From: a virus
Taxonomy: Duplodnaviria > Caudoviricetes
Length of the DNA: 41,945 bases
IMG/VR virus record: IMGVR_UViG_3300006129_000012
Location: 1-41,945 of that record
Reading direction: 5' to 3' (one strand)
This document shows, piece after piece, positions 1 through 7,785 of this stretch. Below the pieces are notes generated by a model, which was not told where the DNA came from, did no database searches, and worked only from the letters and a program-made list of their open reading frames with translations. Each line of letters begins with the position of its first letter. Within the stretch, counting starts at the first letter, position 1. The translations under genes were made by a program, and so were the position numbers.

Positions 1-262
1 TACCTTTGGTTTTTCAACTGGTTTTGGTTCCAATTCTTTTATTGGTTTAGATACTATTGGTTTTGGTTCAGGTGCTGGCGGTATATTTGTTACCTTTGGT
101 TTTTCAACTGGTTTTGGTTCTGGTAGTACCGGTGGTATATTTGTTACCTTTGGTTTTTCAACCGGTTTTGGTTCTAATATTGGATTTATCACCTTGGTAT
201 TTTCAACCGGTTTTGGTTCTGGCGGCGGTGTTAGATTTATCACTCTTATTGGTTTAGGAGGT
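1..262 (-). repeat. Imperfect coding repeats encoding EPKPVEKPKV(TNIPP)
   Basis: tacctttggtttttcaac(t/c)ggttttggttc recurs at about 1, 91 and 146, with a degenerate copy near 190-220. Confidence 0.9.
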
Positions 263-2478
263 TCGGGAGAAGGTAATACGTTTACCTCTATATTAGGTTG
301 TTTTGTTTTCTCTGCTTTTTCTTTTTTCTCTGTTGCAAAAACTTTTATTTCTTCTTGTTTAGAAGTAATAGTTTTTGTTTCTTCTTTTTTTGGTGGTACA
401 TTAGTTGATTCTTCTTTTTTCTCACTACTGCTAAATAACCAACTTAATCTTTTAGTTAGTCCAACATATATTTCACCAATAGTTCTGCCAACATCACTTA
501 AATATTTAAATATATCTGAAAAAACTGGTACAACATATGTGTTGATAAGTTCTACAAGTTGAGTTAATGCATCAGCCGTCCATGTTATACTTGTTGCAAG
601 TCCGCTAATAATTGGTTTAATAAGTGGTAACAAATATAAAAATGTGTCGGATATTAATCGTCCAGTTCGTATCAGTGAATCACCAAATACAACATCCAAT
701 AATTGAGCAGTTTTCATGAATAAATTACCAAGACTAGAAATAGCAGGTGATAACGTTGGTATTAAAAAGTCTGTAAAGAATTTAGATAGTTGATCAAGAC
801 TTGGCATTAAATATCTGTTAAAATGATCACTAAGGGTAGTAAAAACTGGCCCAAATGTGTCAGTTATAAAATTACTAAACTTAGATAGTCCAGGAACTAG
901 CCAATTGCCTATAAAGTCAGAAACTTTTATTACTCCGTCTCCTAGTAATTCAAAAACAGGAAGCATAGGTCTTAATACATCTACAACTAACGCCTGGAAT
1001 ACATCGTTTAGTTTAGATGATGCTGCTTGTAAAGTATTTTGTGTTGCTAATTCTTTATTATGTTGAGCTACTAATTTGGCTTCTCGTTCTTTTGTTGCAA
1101 TAGCTTTTGCTGATTCAAAGGACATTCCTTGAGTTTGAAGTATTGCTATTCTACTTTGTATTTCTTCGTTTATTTTTGCTCGTGCTTGTTCGCGCTGCAT
1201 GATTTCTTGCTGGGATTTTAATTGGCTTGATGCATATTTGGAATATTCTTTACCATAATTTTGCAGTGCTACTAATTCATTACTAGTTCTACTCATTATA
1301 GAATTACTGGCAGAATCTAAGATTGAATTAAAGTTTTCTGTACTTGTCTTACCTGAACGTATTGAGTCGGTTAATGCATTAACATCAGTCATTAACCCAG
1401 AAAAATTCAAACTCTTTAAAATTTCAGGTGCTATCGGTGTGCCCGATAATTGACTTAGCACTGCTTCATATATTTCTCCGCCAACATCTCCCAATTGAGA
1501 TAACATAGGTCGCACTGTATCAGTTAATACTGTAGTTGCTCTAGTACCAATTCTAGAAGTTATGTCTCTTTCCATTGCAGAAATATCAGGTCTTGCAGCT
1601 TCAGCTTTCATTTGCTTTTCTAATTCTTTTCTACTTTTACCAGTTATTTCTGCTGCTTCTGTTAATTGAAGATTGAATTCTTTCGCACTACTAGTGAGAG
1701 CCTGATCTGTTATTTTAGTTAGAATTCCAGAGTTTCTTAATATTTCTGCATAATCTAATACAGCTTCAGCAGCTTGCTCATTAGTATATCCAAATTCTGA
1801 CCCATTTTTTGTTAATTCCTTAAATTGTTTAATTAATTGTCCAGTTCTAACAGTTCCTAAATATGCTACAGTTGTACTAAAATTAGTTAACACTTTAGTA
1901 GTGTCTGCTGTACTAAGTCCTAGACTTTCTGAATATAGTGCTAAACCTTCTAAACCTCCGCTTAGATTAATACCTCGATCATACAACTCACTGAAACTTT
2001 CATTAAGGTCTTTTATAATATGAAAGCCTTCTTCGACAGCCCAGCTGAAACTTGTTAAACCTATTGTTAATGGATTTAATAAAACATTCAAAGGACCAAA
2101 ACTACTAGAAGTCGAACTTAATGCATTTGCGAGTCCTCCGGCAGCAGAACCCAATTGTTTTGTTAAATTAAACTGTCCGTATTTTAGTTGTTTTGAAATA
2201 CCAGAAACTGATCCACTTATGGTGTTACCTACTTGATTTAAACTACCGCTAAGTTTACTAGATAATGAAGTTGATGATGTTACATTAGCTGTGGTCTGAG
2301 CTTGGGTAGCTCTAGTTCCAGCACGTATAGCGTCTAATTGGGATTGATTAACATTTTGTGTTTTGAGAAACTCTTTTAAAAAATCATTAGATACATTTGC
2401 TTGATCTAATAACTTTTTGAGAGTTGTTTCTTGTGCCCATTCTGCCGCTTGAAGTTTATCAATTAATGTATCAGACAT
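1..2478 (-). CDS. Tape-measure-like virion protein (partial; runs off the window start, so absent from the ORF track)
   Basis: ATG at 2478 (MSDTLIDKLQAAEWAQETTL...); the frame read open to position 1 in my manual translation. Helical Ala/Ser/Leu-rich sequence, a segment with periodic aromatic/Pro residues (FIGNWLVPGLSKFSNFITDTFGPVFTTLSDHFNRYLMPSLDQLSKFF), then a Pro/Lys/Glu-rich tract. Lies beside baseplate hub genes. Confidence 0.7.
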   Translation of the reverse strand, partial: MSDTLIDKLQAAEWAQETTLKKLLDQANVSNDFLKEFLKTQNVNQSQLDAIRAGTRATQAQTTANVTSSTSLSSKLSGSLNQVGNTISGSVSGISKQLKYGQFNLTKQLGSAAGGLANALSSTSSSFGPLNVLLNPLTIGLTSFSWAVEEGFHIIKDLNESFSELYDRGINLSGGLEGLALYSESLGLSTADTTKVLTNFSTTVAYLGTVRTGQLIKQFKELTKNGSEFGYTNEQAAEAVLDYAEILRNSGILTKITDQALTSSAKEFNLQLTEAAEITGKSRKELEKQMKAEAARPDISAMERDITSRIGTRATTVLTDTVRPMLSQLGDVGGEIYEAVLSQLSGTPIAPEILKSLNFSGLMTDVNALTDSIRSGKTSTENFNSILDSASNSIMSRTSNELVALQNYGKEYSKYASSQLKSQQEIMQREQARAKINEEIQSRIAILQTQGMSFESAKAIATKEREAKLVAQHNKELATQNTLQAASSKLNDVFQALVVDVLRPMLPVFELLGDGVIKVSDFIGNWLVPGLSKFSNFITDTFGPVFTTLSDHFNRYLMPSLDQLSKFFTDFLIPTLSPAISSLGNLFMKTAQLLDVVFGDSLIRTGRLISDTFLYLLPLIKPIISGLATSITWTADALTQLVELINTYVVPVFSDIFKYLSDVGRTIGEIYVGLTKRLSWLFSSSEKKEESTNVPPKKEETKTITSKQEEIKVFATEKKEKAEKTKQPNIEVNVLPSPEPPKPIRVINLTPPPEPKPVENTKVINPILEPKPVEKPKVTNIPPVLPEPKPVEKPKVTNIPPAPEPKPIVSKPIKELEPKPVEKPKV

Positions 2479-2489
2479 TTAAATTCTTT

Positions 2490-2513
2490 CATGGTATTTT
2501 TAACAAATAAATA
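2490..2513 (+). promoter_or_regulatory. T4-like late promoter for the gp26-like gene
   Basis: ATAAATA at 2507-2513, CATGGTATT starting 17 nt upstream; resembles the T4 late consensus TATAAATA. Confidence 0.6.
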
Positions 2514-2549
2514 CTATTATAATTCTCTGACAATTATCAGATATACGCA

Positions 2550-2573
2550 TATTTATCGAGGTAAAATTCAATG
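2550..2573 (-). promoter_or_regulatory. T4-like late promoter for the tape-measure-like gene
   Basis: Minus strand reads CATTGAATTTTACCTCG-ATAAATA. Confidence 0.6.
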
Positions 2574-3425
2574 GCAGGACACAATCCATTACAGCAATAT
2601 TTTAGACAACCGTCTCTTTTTATGAGATTAGTTACTGGCGGTAAATGGTATAACCCAATTGATGTAGATTTTAATCATGATAAAGAAATAGCAGTTTACG
2701 GTTTAACTGCTATAGATGAGGTTATGTTAAACACACCGGATGCAATGTTAAACGGACAGGCATTAGAAAAAGTGCTAATAAATTGCGCTCCCAGTATTAA
2801 ACACGCAAAGAAGTTTATGATACCAGATTTAAATGCACTATTTTTATCTATAAAGATAGCTACGTCTGGAGGCAAGTATGATCTTGACAGAACATGTCCA
2901 AAATGCGAACACGAGAATAATTTTGAGGTAAATTGTCAACATTTTCTCGATTCAATGAGTTTTATTGAAGAATCTGATACCATCGTCAATTTAGATAGTA
3001 ATCTAATAGTACACGTAAAACCATACACTTTAGAAATGAGACAAATATTTTTACAAAAAGAGTTCAATGAGGAAATAACTCTCAAAGCCATAGACAACAG
3101 TAATGAAACTATTAATGATATAGAAAAAGCTAAGATACTTGCAGAAAGTATGGAACGATTAACTCGTATGACCTTTGGATTAGTAGCTAATTCAATAGAT
3201 AAAATTGTAATGGTTAAAGAACAACTTACTGTAACAGATCAAGAACATATAAGTGAGTGGTTGATCAGTATCAATAAAAGCCAAGCAGATGTTATAATTA
3301 AAACCGTAGAAAATCTTAATAATATTGGAATTAATAATACCATCGAAGCTGTATGTACTAATTGCTCTCATACTTGGACCGAAACATTGAATTTTGATCC
3401 AATAAATTTTTTCGGCAGACGCTAG
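2571..3425 (+). CDS. Baseplate hub subunit / tail assembly chaperone, T4 gp26-like
   Basis: 284 aa; NPLQQYFRQP start, D..ALFLSIKIATSG motif, two CxxC pairs (CPKC, CTNC), C-terminal NFF; GAGG upstream. Confidence 0.75.
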   Translation: MAGHNPLQQYFRQPSLFMRLVTGGKWYNPIDVDFNHDKEIAVYGLTAIDEVMLNTPDAMLNGQALEKVLINCAPSIKHAKKFMIPDLNALFLSIKIATSGGKYDLDRTCPKCEHENNFEVNCQHFLDSMSFIEESDTIVNLDSNLIVHVKPYTLEMRQIFLQKEFNEEITLKAIDNSNETINDIEKAKILAESMERLTRMTFGLVANSIDKIVMVKEQLTVTDQEHISEWLISINKSQADVIIKTVENLNNIGINNTIEAVCTNCSHTWTETLNFDPINFFGRR

Positions 3426-3445
3426 CATCCGCGGATCCTGAGCGT
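3404..3445 (+). promoter_or_regulatory. Putative -1 programmed ribosomal frameshift signal
   Basis: In-frame A-AAT-TTT and T-TTT-TTC heptamers at 3404-3413; the -1 frame is open from 3398 into the 3455..3643 ORF; a GC-rich stem follows (acgct 3419-3423 with agcgt 3441-3445). Confidence 0.7.
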
Positions 3446-3454
3446 ATTCAGGAG

Positions 3455-3643
3455 ATGTTAGCTATAATGGAAAAGAACCGCAATATAATCGATCAAGATA
3501 TCATGACTTTGGTTTTTTATATGCAAGGTGGAATAAGTTACAATGATGCTTGGTTATTAACAAGTGACCAAAGACAACGCATGTCTAAGGTTGTAGAAAA
3601 ACACTACGAAGCTATGAGTGGTAGTAAGAAGAATATGTTATAG
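3455..3643 (+). CDS. gp51-like baseplate hub assembly protein; probably the C-terminal extension of a frameshifted gp26-gp51 fusion
   Basis: 62 aa with YMQGGISYNDAWLLTSDQR; sits in the -1 frame relative to the upstream gene. Confidence 0.65.
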   Translation: MLAIMEKNRNIIDQDIMTLVFYMQGGISYNDAWLLTSDQRQRMSKVVEKHYEAMSGSKKNML

Positions 3644-3696
3644 TCACAAAAGTTCATTATTGATTTGAAGTTTTTAATTATTGATCTAGGTTATAC

Positions 3697-4125
3697 GGTT
3701 GCTTACGCAACCAGTCTTCAGAGTAGTTGACGCTCGCAATAGCTCGCTAACTACTCTTCGACATTCTCTTAATAAGATATACTTAAAGTATTATATTCTC
3801 TTTGTTAATTAGTTTTCTGAAAGATTCGGTCATACTGATCCCAGTTACGGGATCAGTATGACAAACTCGCTTTCTGATGAGTTCATAGCCATTATGACAA
3901 AGGTGACCTTATAAAGGAAGGACGGGCGGTTGACCGGTACCCGATTACACCAGCTGATATTCAACGGATAAACAATAAGCCATATCAATCTAACTTACTA
4001 TTTACAGTGGTTGCTTTTTCTCCAGAGCCACTATCTTTTAACCTATAGCATGGTTATACTGTGTCCAAATGTAGCAATGTCGGGGTGCTACCAACCTTCA
4101 ATTTTTAACGTATAAGGGACTATGT
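3697..4125 (-). ncRNA. Putative large structured non-coding RNA, family unknown
   Basis: No ORF in the track; consecutive stems at 3697-3712 (GUAA tetraloop on -), 3720-3757, 3829-3862 (perfect 14 bp), 3923-3943, 3969-4004 (14 bp only on -, using four G-U pairs), 4006-4032, 4071-4091. Confidence 0.6.
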
Positions 4126-4236
4126 TTTAGAGTTTTGGATTTTAAGCCAATTGTGAGCCTGTGCGGATATCTTATGTGCCTATATATGAGATCTTAGTGT
4201 GTTACAATATTATATGTATTATCTTTAGTAGTTTTA

Positions 4237-4267
4237 AGTGTACACTTCTGTTATCATAATTTGTCAA
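4237..4267 (-). promoter_or_regulatory. Candidate sigma70-type promoter facing the putative ncRNA
   Basis: TTGACA-N19-TACACT on -; the spacer is longer than optimal. Confidence 0.3.
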
Positions 4268-4439
4268 ATTAATGACAAAAATTTTACAATAAATTTTGGT
4301 TTATATTAAATCAAATAAATTTTGAAATATATATAATTTTATTCTAATTAATTTGACCTATACTTCGGTAATATGTAAACTAATAGTGTTGATACACGAT
4401 TGAGCCACGTGATATTAACATACAATGTGTGTAGAGCCT

Positions 4440-4474
4440 AAGAAGCTGCAACTTAAAGTTGCAGCTTCTTTTTT
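4440..4474 (+). terminator. Intrinsic terminator hairpin, possibly bidirectional
   Basis: aagaagctgcaact-taa-agttgcagcttctt then TTTT on +; only TTCTT on -. Confidence 0.75.
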
Positions 4475-5282
4475 ATGCAGCTCTCCTCTTTTTAACATAT
4501 ATATTTTGATCAGTTAAGTCCATGAGATAGTTATGATTAGTGATCATTAAATCAACTTGCCATGGTGTATTGTTGTTCACGGATATATTTGGCTGTTGTC
4601 TGATAATCATTAAATTAAATTTTTCTTCGGTTATATTTGCATCTTTGATAATTAATGGCTTATCTGTATATGGTATACACAACTCGCTTTGTTGTTTTTC
4701 TTTATTATATGAAATTGTTACTAAATCTTTGGTTAATTGAATATGTCTACGTTCTGGGTAATATCGGGGAACTAGCATATGAACAGGATCTTTCATTTGT
4801 CCGGATATGTTTTTTTGTGATTGTACCAGTTGATCAGCTTGCGGAAGCATGGTACTGAGTAACTCTGCTGCCATGTGTCTACGCATTTGAGGATGTATAT
4901 TTCCTATTATTGATATTGAATCAAATAAAAGTAATTTTCTCTCATCAATTTCTACTCGACCATTTTTAATAGCAGACGATGGTACAAGTGAGCTAATAGA
5001 CTTAGGCCACTCTTTTAAATCCTTTTTGACAAAATCTCTTAGAGTTTTTCCGGTATAAGCAATAGCCGCCCACAACCTTCCATAACCTTCCCGTAATGCT
5101 ACAACTTCTTCGGGAAAAGCTCGTAACCTCATGGTTCCGCTAATAATAAGGTTATTATAGTAGGATAATTCATTTTCCATAAAAAATTTAAGATGTCTGC
5201 GACTAATAGCATCAATTTCTATGTTATATGATTTTTCTCTTTTACTTTTTTTAATACTTGGGAACTTAGAATTATCTAACAT
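4473..5282 (-). CDS. Hypothetical protein resembling the N-terminal WED/REC lobe of TnpB/Cas12f, lacking most of RuvC
   Basis: 269 aa with AAAGGTG RBS. KSYNIEIDAISRRHLKFFMENELSYYNNLI keeps the spacing of the IS605 TnpB N-terminal motif; the C-terminal beta-rich run ends WQVDL, then YLMDLTDQNIYV. The ORF is secure; the family call is by eye. Confidence 0.5.
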   Translation of the reverse strand: MLDNSKFPSIKKSKREKSYNIEIDAISRRHLKFFMENELSYYNNLIISGTMRLRAFPEEVVALREGYGRLWAAIAYTGKTLRDFVKKDLKEWPKSISSLVPSSAIKNGRVEIDERKLLLFDSISIIGNIHPQMRRHMAAELLSTMLPQADQLVQSQKNISGQMKDPVHMLVPRYYPERRHIQLTKDLVTISYNKEKQQSELCIPYTDKPLIIKDANITEEKFNLMIIRQQPNISVNNNTPWQVDLMITNHNYLMDLTDQNIYVKKRRAA

Positions 5283-5379
5283 GATACACCTTTATTGAAT
5301 TTTGAATGATATATATCATACTATGTTTAATTGATCAAATGACGGTTGTCAACAGGTTTAATAATAATAAGGTGGTAAT

Positions 5380-5892
5380 ATGCCAAGTCCGAGTAAAAAT
5401 AAAGGTAATAGCTGGGAGAGAGAAGTAGCAGCAGATCTAACCAAGTTATATAATGAACATTTTATGAGAGCTCCTGGGTCAGGTTCATATGTCGGGGGAT
5501 CTAATTCTCATCGCAAGCAATTCCTGCACGAAGGACAAATACGTAGTTTTAAAGGTGATATAATACCTGGACAAAGTTTTCCTAAAATGAACGCAGAATG
5601 TAAAAATTACGGAAGCTTTCAATTTCATCAATTATTTAACGGTGAGGTTAAACAATTAGAAACTTGGTTAGAACAGTTAATGACAGCAGCAGATGATGGT
5701 GATTTTAATATATTAATTTGCAAAATAACTCGCACACTTAAATTTGTTGCTGTACAGGATCTATCAGATTTAGTTTTTCAAAATATACCATACATGGTTT
5801 ATAAAAGTAAAAATCACGGATCTTGGTTTATATGTGAATACAATAAGTTTTGGGAACACAATGCCAACCAGGTAAAGACGTACTGCGCTTGA
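5380..5892 (+). CDS. Holliday junction resolvase-like PD-(D/E)XK nuclease (Hjc type)
   Basis: KGNSWEREVA, RAPGSG, GDII and AECK motifs; AAGGTGG RBS; converges on gp46. Confidence 0.75.
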   Translation: MPSPSKNKGNSWEREVAADLTKLYNEHFMRAPGSGSYVGGSNSHRKQFLHEGQIRSFKGDIIPGQSFPKMNAECKNYGSFQFHQLFNGEVKQLETWLEQLMTAADDGDFNILICKITRTLKFVAVQDLSDLVFQNIPYMVYKSKNHGSWFICEYNKFWEHNANQVKTYCA

Positions 5893-7671
5893 TTAATTTA
5901 CAGGGTCGTAGTCATAATCAAATCTACTGAAACTATCTTCTTTTATCACAGTTAGAATATTTGTAACTCTCGGTATTAATTCTTCTCTATGACTTATGAC
6001 AAATACATTCTTGTTACGCTCTCTATCCATTTTTTTAAGTAAATCAACAGATCCGTCTAGTCCAGCACTATCAAGACCCGAGTCAAGTAATTCATCAATA
6101 AAAACTAAATTTACAGCATGATTAGTATTTTCGAATATATCTCTAAAGGCCCAACTTAGACCTAGAATTAGTCGCGTACGTTCTCCTCTACTTAGTCCGT
6201 CAAAATCTAAATCATGCCCTAATATGGTAATTTCAGTTGTGAGATCATTCATAAATCTAACCAAGTGCGGTAAACCTAATTTATCAATATATTCACCTAG
6301 TCTCGAATTAAGATATGCTAGATTTTGATCAATAACTTTCTTACGTATAAAACTATCTTTACTTGTCAATAGTTTTAATAAAAACTCCTGATGTTCGCGA
6401 TCTTTAACACTTGTGTTCAATATGCTGTAATCAATAGGTTGCAAGGTTTCTTGTAAACTAAGTTCTTGTTCTGCATATGGATTTTCTCTAGTTTTCTCCT
6501 TTTCTAAGTCTTTGATAAGTTGTTCAATAGTTGATTTGTGAGATAATGCTTCTCTTAGAGATGGATAAAAAGTTTGTGGTTTGCCTATGTTTTCGAATAC
6601 AGGTAATAGTGCATCAAGTTCAGATTGTGTATTAGCAATTTCCTGTTTCTCATTTGTAATTTGATGATCTAACTTGGCTATTTTACCTTCTAGATCTTCT
6701 GTAATAGAATCGTGTGTGTGATCGTGAAGACCTTGTCCGCACATGGGACATTCTTTGTTTAAAACACTTGTATACTGTGATACCAAAGCGGTTAATTGTG
6801 TTTCTAGCTGATTTGTATGACGAGTTTTAAGATTAATATCGCGTGTCAATTGATTGATTGCTTGTGCAAGTTCCCGATGCGATTCAACATCTTTATGATT
6901 TTTCAACTCTGTTTCTATATCCAAATCGGCTAGATTTAATATTGCTGCTTCTAATGTATCTATTTCCTGTTGATGGTTGGTAGTCCATTGACCAGATTTT
7001 TTCTTAACGTCGTTAATGGTATTTTCAATGCGTTCATTTGACAATTTAACAGTTCTAATTCGTAGTTCTTCTTTTTCAATTTCACTTTTAGTGTTTTTAA
7101 CAAGTTCTTTTAGTTTTTCAGCTTTTTGACTAAGTTGAGTAATACATAGCAATTCTTCGATAATTTCTCGTTGTTTTGAAACACCCAATGAAAGAAATGG
7201 TTCAGTATATGTATTAAGACCCACAATATACTTGAACATTGCATGACTCATACCTAATATGCGATCAATCTCATGCTGTGTGTCCTTGCTTTCGCCCTGT
7301 GCTTCATCTGTGTCTTGGCTATTAACATTTTCATCGTCAACAATATAGCGAAAGAATTGTGGTTTACGTCCTCGTTCAATTCTATAATTATGGCCGTTCT
7401 TTTCAAACTCTATACTAACACTCATGTTTTTTTGATTGATCTTATTAACAAGATTATCTTTTTTGATGTTAGTTAATGGAGTACCAAATAGTCCGTAACA
7501 AATAGCTTGTAGTATTGTACTCTTACCTACACCATTACGGGAACCATTACCACCCAGGTCCAAGTTTTCACCAAATACCAATGTCACACCATTTTTATTT
7601 AAATTTACAGATTGCGTTACTGCACCAACACTCATGAAATTTTTCATGGTAACGGATTTGATGTTAAGCAT
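5893..7671 (-). CDS. gp46: Recombination endonuclease ATPase subunit (T4 gp46 / SbcC / Rad50 family)
   Basis: Walker A NGVGKS, coiled coils, zinc hook CPMC, signature LSRGE, Walker B VFIDE, ISH loop. Confidence 0.95.
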   Translation of the reverse strand: MLNIKSVTMKNFMSVGAVTQSVNLNKNGVTLVFGENLDLGGNGSRNGVGKSTILQAICYGLFGTPLTNIKKDNLVNKINQKNMSVSIEFEKNGHNYRIERGRKPQFFRYIVDDENVNSQDTDEAQGESKDTQHEIDRILGMSHAMFKYIVGLNTYTEPFLSLGVSKQREIIEELLCITQLSQKAEKLKELVKNTKSEIEKEELRIRTVKLSNERIENTINDVKKKSGQWTTNHQQEIDTLEAAILNLADLDIETELKNHKDVESHRELAQAINQLTRDINLKTRHTNQLETQLTALVSQYTSVLNKECPMCGQGLHDHTHDSITEDLEGKIAKLDHQITNEKQEIANTQSELDALLPVFENIGKPQTFYPSLREALSHKSTIEQLIKDLEKEKTRENPYAEQELSLQETLQPIDYSILNTSVKDREHQEFLLKLLTSKDSFIRKKVIDQNLAYLNSRLGEYIDKLGLPHLVRFMNDLTTEITILGHDLDFDGLSRGERTRLILGLSWAFRDIFENTNHAVNLVFIDELLDSGLDSAGLDGSVDLLKKMDRERNKNVFVISHREELIPRVTNILTVIKEDSFSRFDYDYDPVN

Positions 7672-7709
7672 GGTTTTCCTGACAATTTGTGTATATTATA
7701 ACTATAGAG

Positions 7710-7740
7710 AATCTATCATGGTATTACAAGATCTAGTCAA
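7710..7740 (-). promoter_or_regulatory. Candidate sigma70-type promoter for gp46, just after the pmoC terminator
   Basis: TTGACT-N19-TAGATT on -, with TG just upstream of the -10. Confidence 0.35.
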
Positions 7741-7766
7741 AAGAAAAGCCGCTTGCGCGGCTTTTC
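7737..7766 (-). terminator. Intrinsic terminator of pmoC
   Basis: Minus strand GAAAAGCCGC-GCAA-GCGGCTTTTC-TTTT: 10-bp stem, GNRA loop, U tract. Confidence 0.9.
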
Positions 7767-7785
7767 CAAAGTGTGCAGGGTTCTA

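Noticed and set aside
57-1066. Plus-strand ORFs 57..257, 194..562 and 857..1066
   Set aside because: Antisense shadows of the long minus-strand tape-measure-like gene.
3815-3900. CTGATGAG at 3874-3881 suggesting a hammerhead ribozyme
   Set aside because: I could not build stem II with a correctly placed GAAA and cleavage triplet, and the stronger structural evidence favours the opposite strand.
4473-5282. An active IS200/IS605 or IS607 element
   Set aside because: No TnpA or serine recombinase, no RuvC-II/III or zinc finger, and no recognisable element ends.
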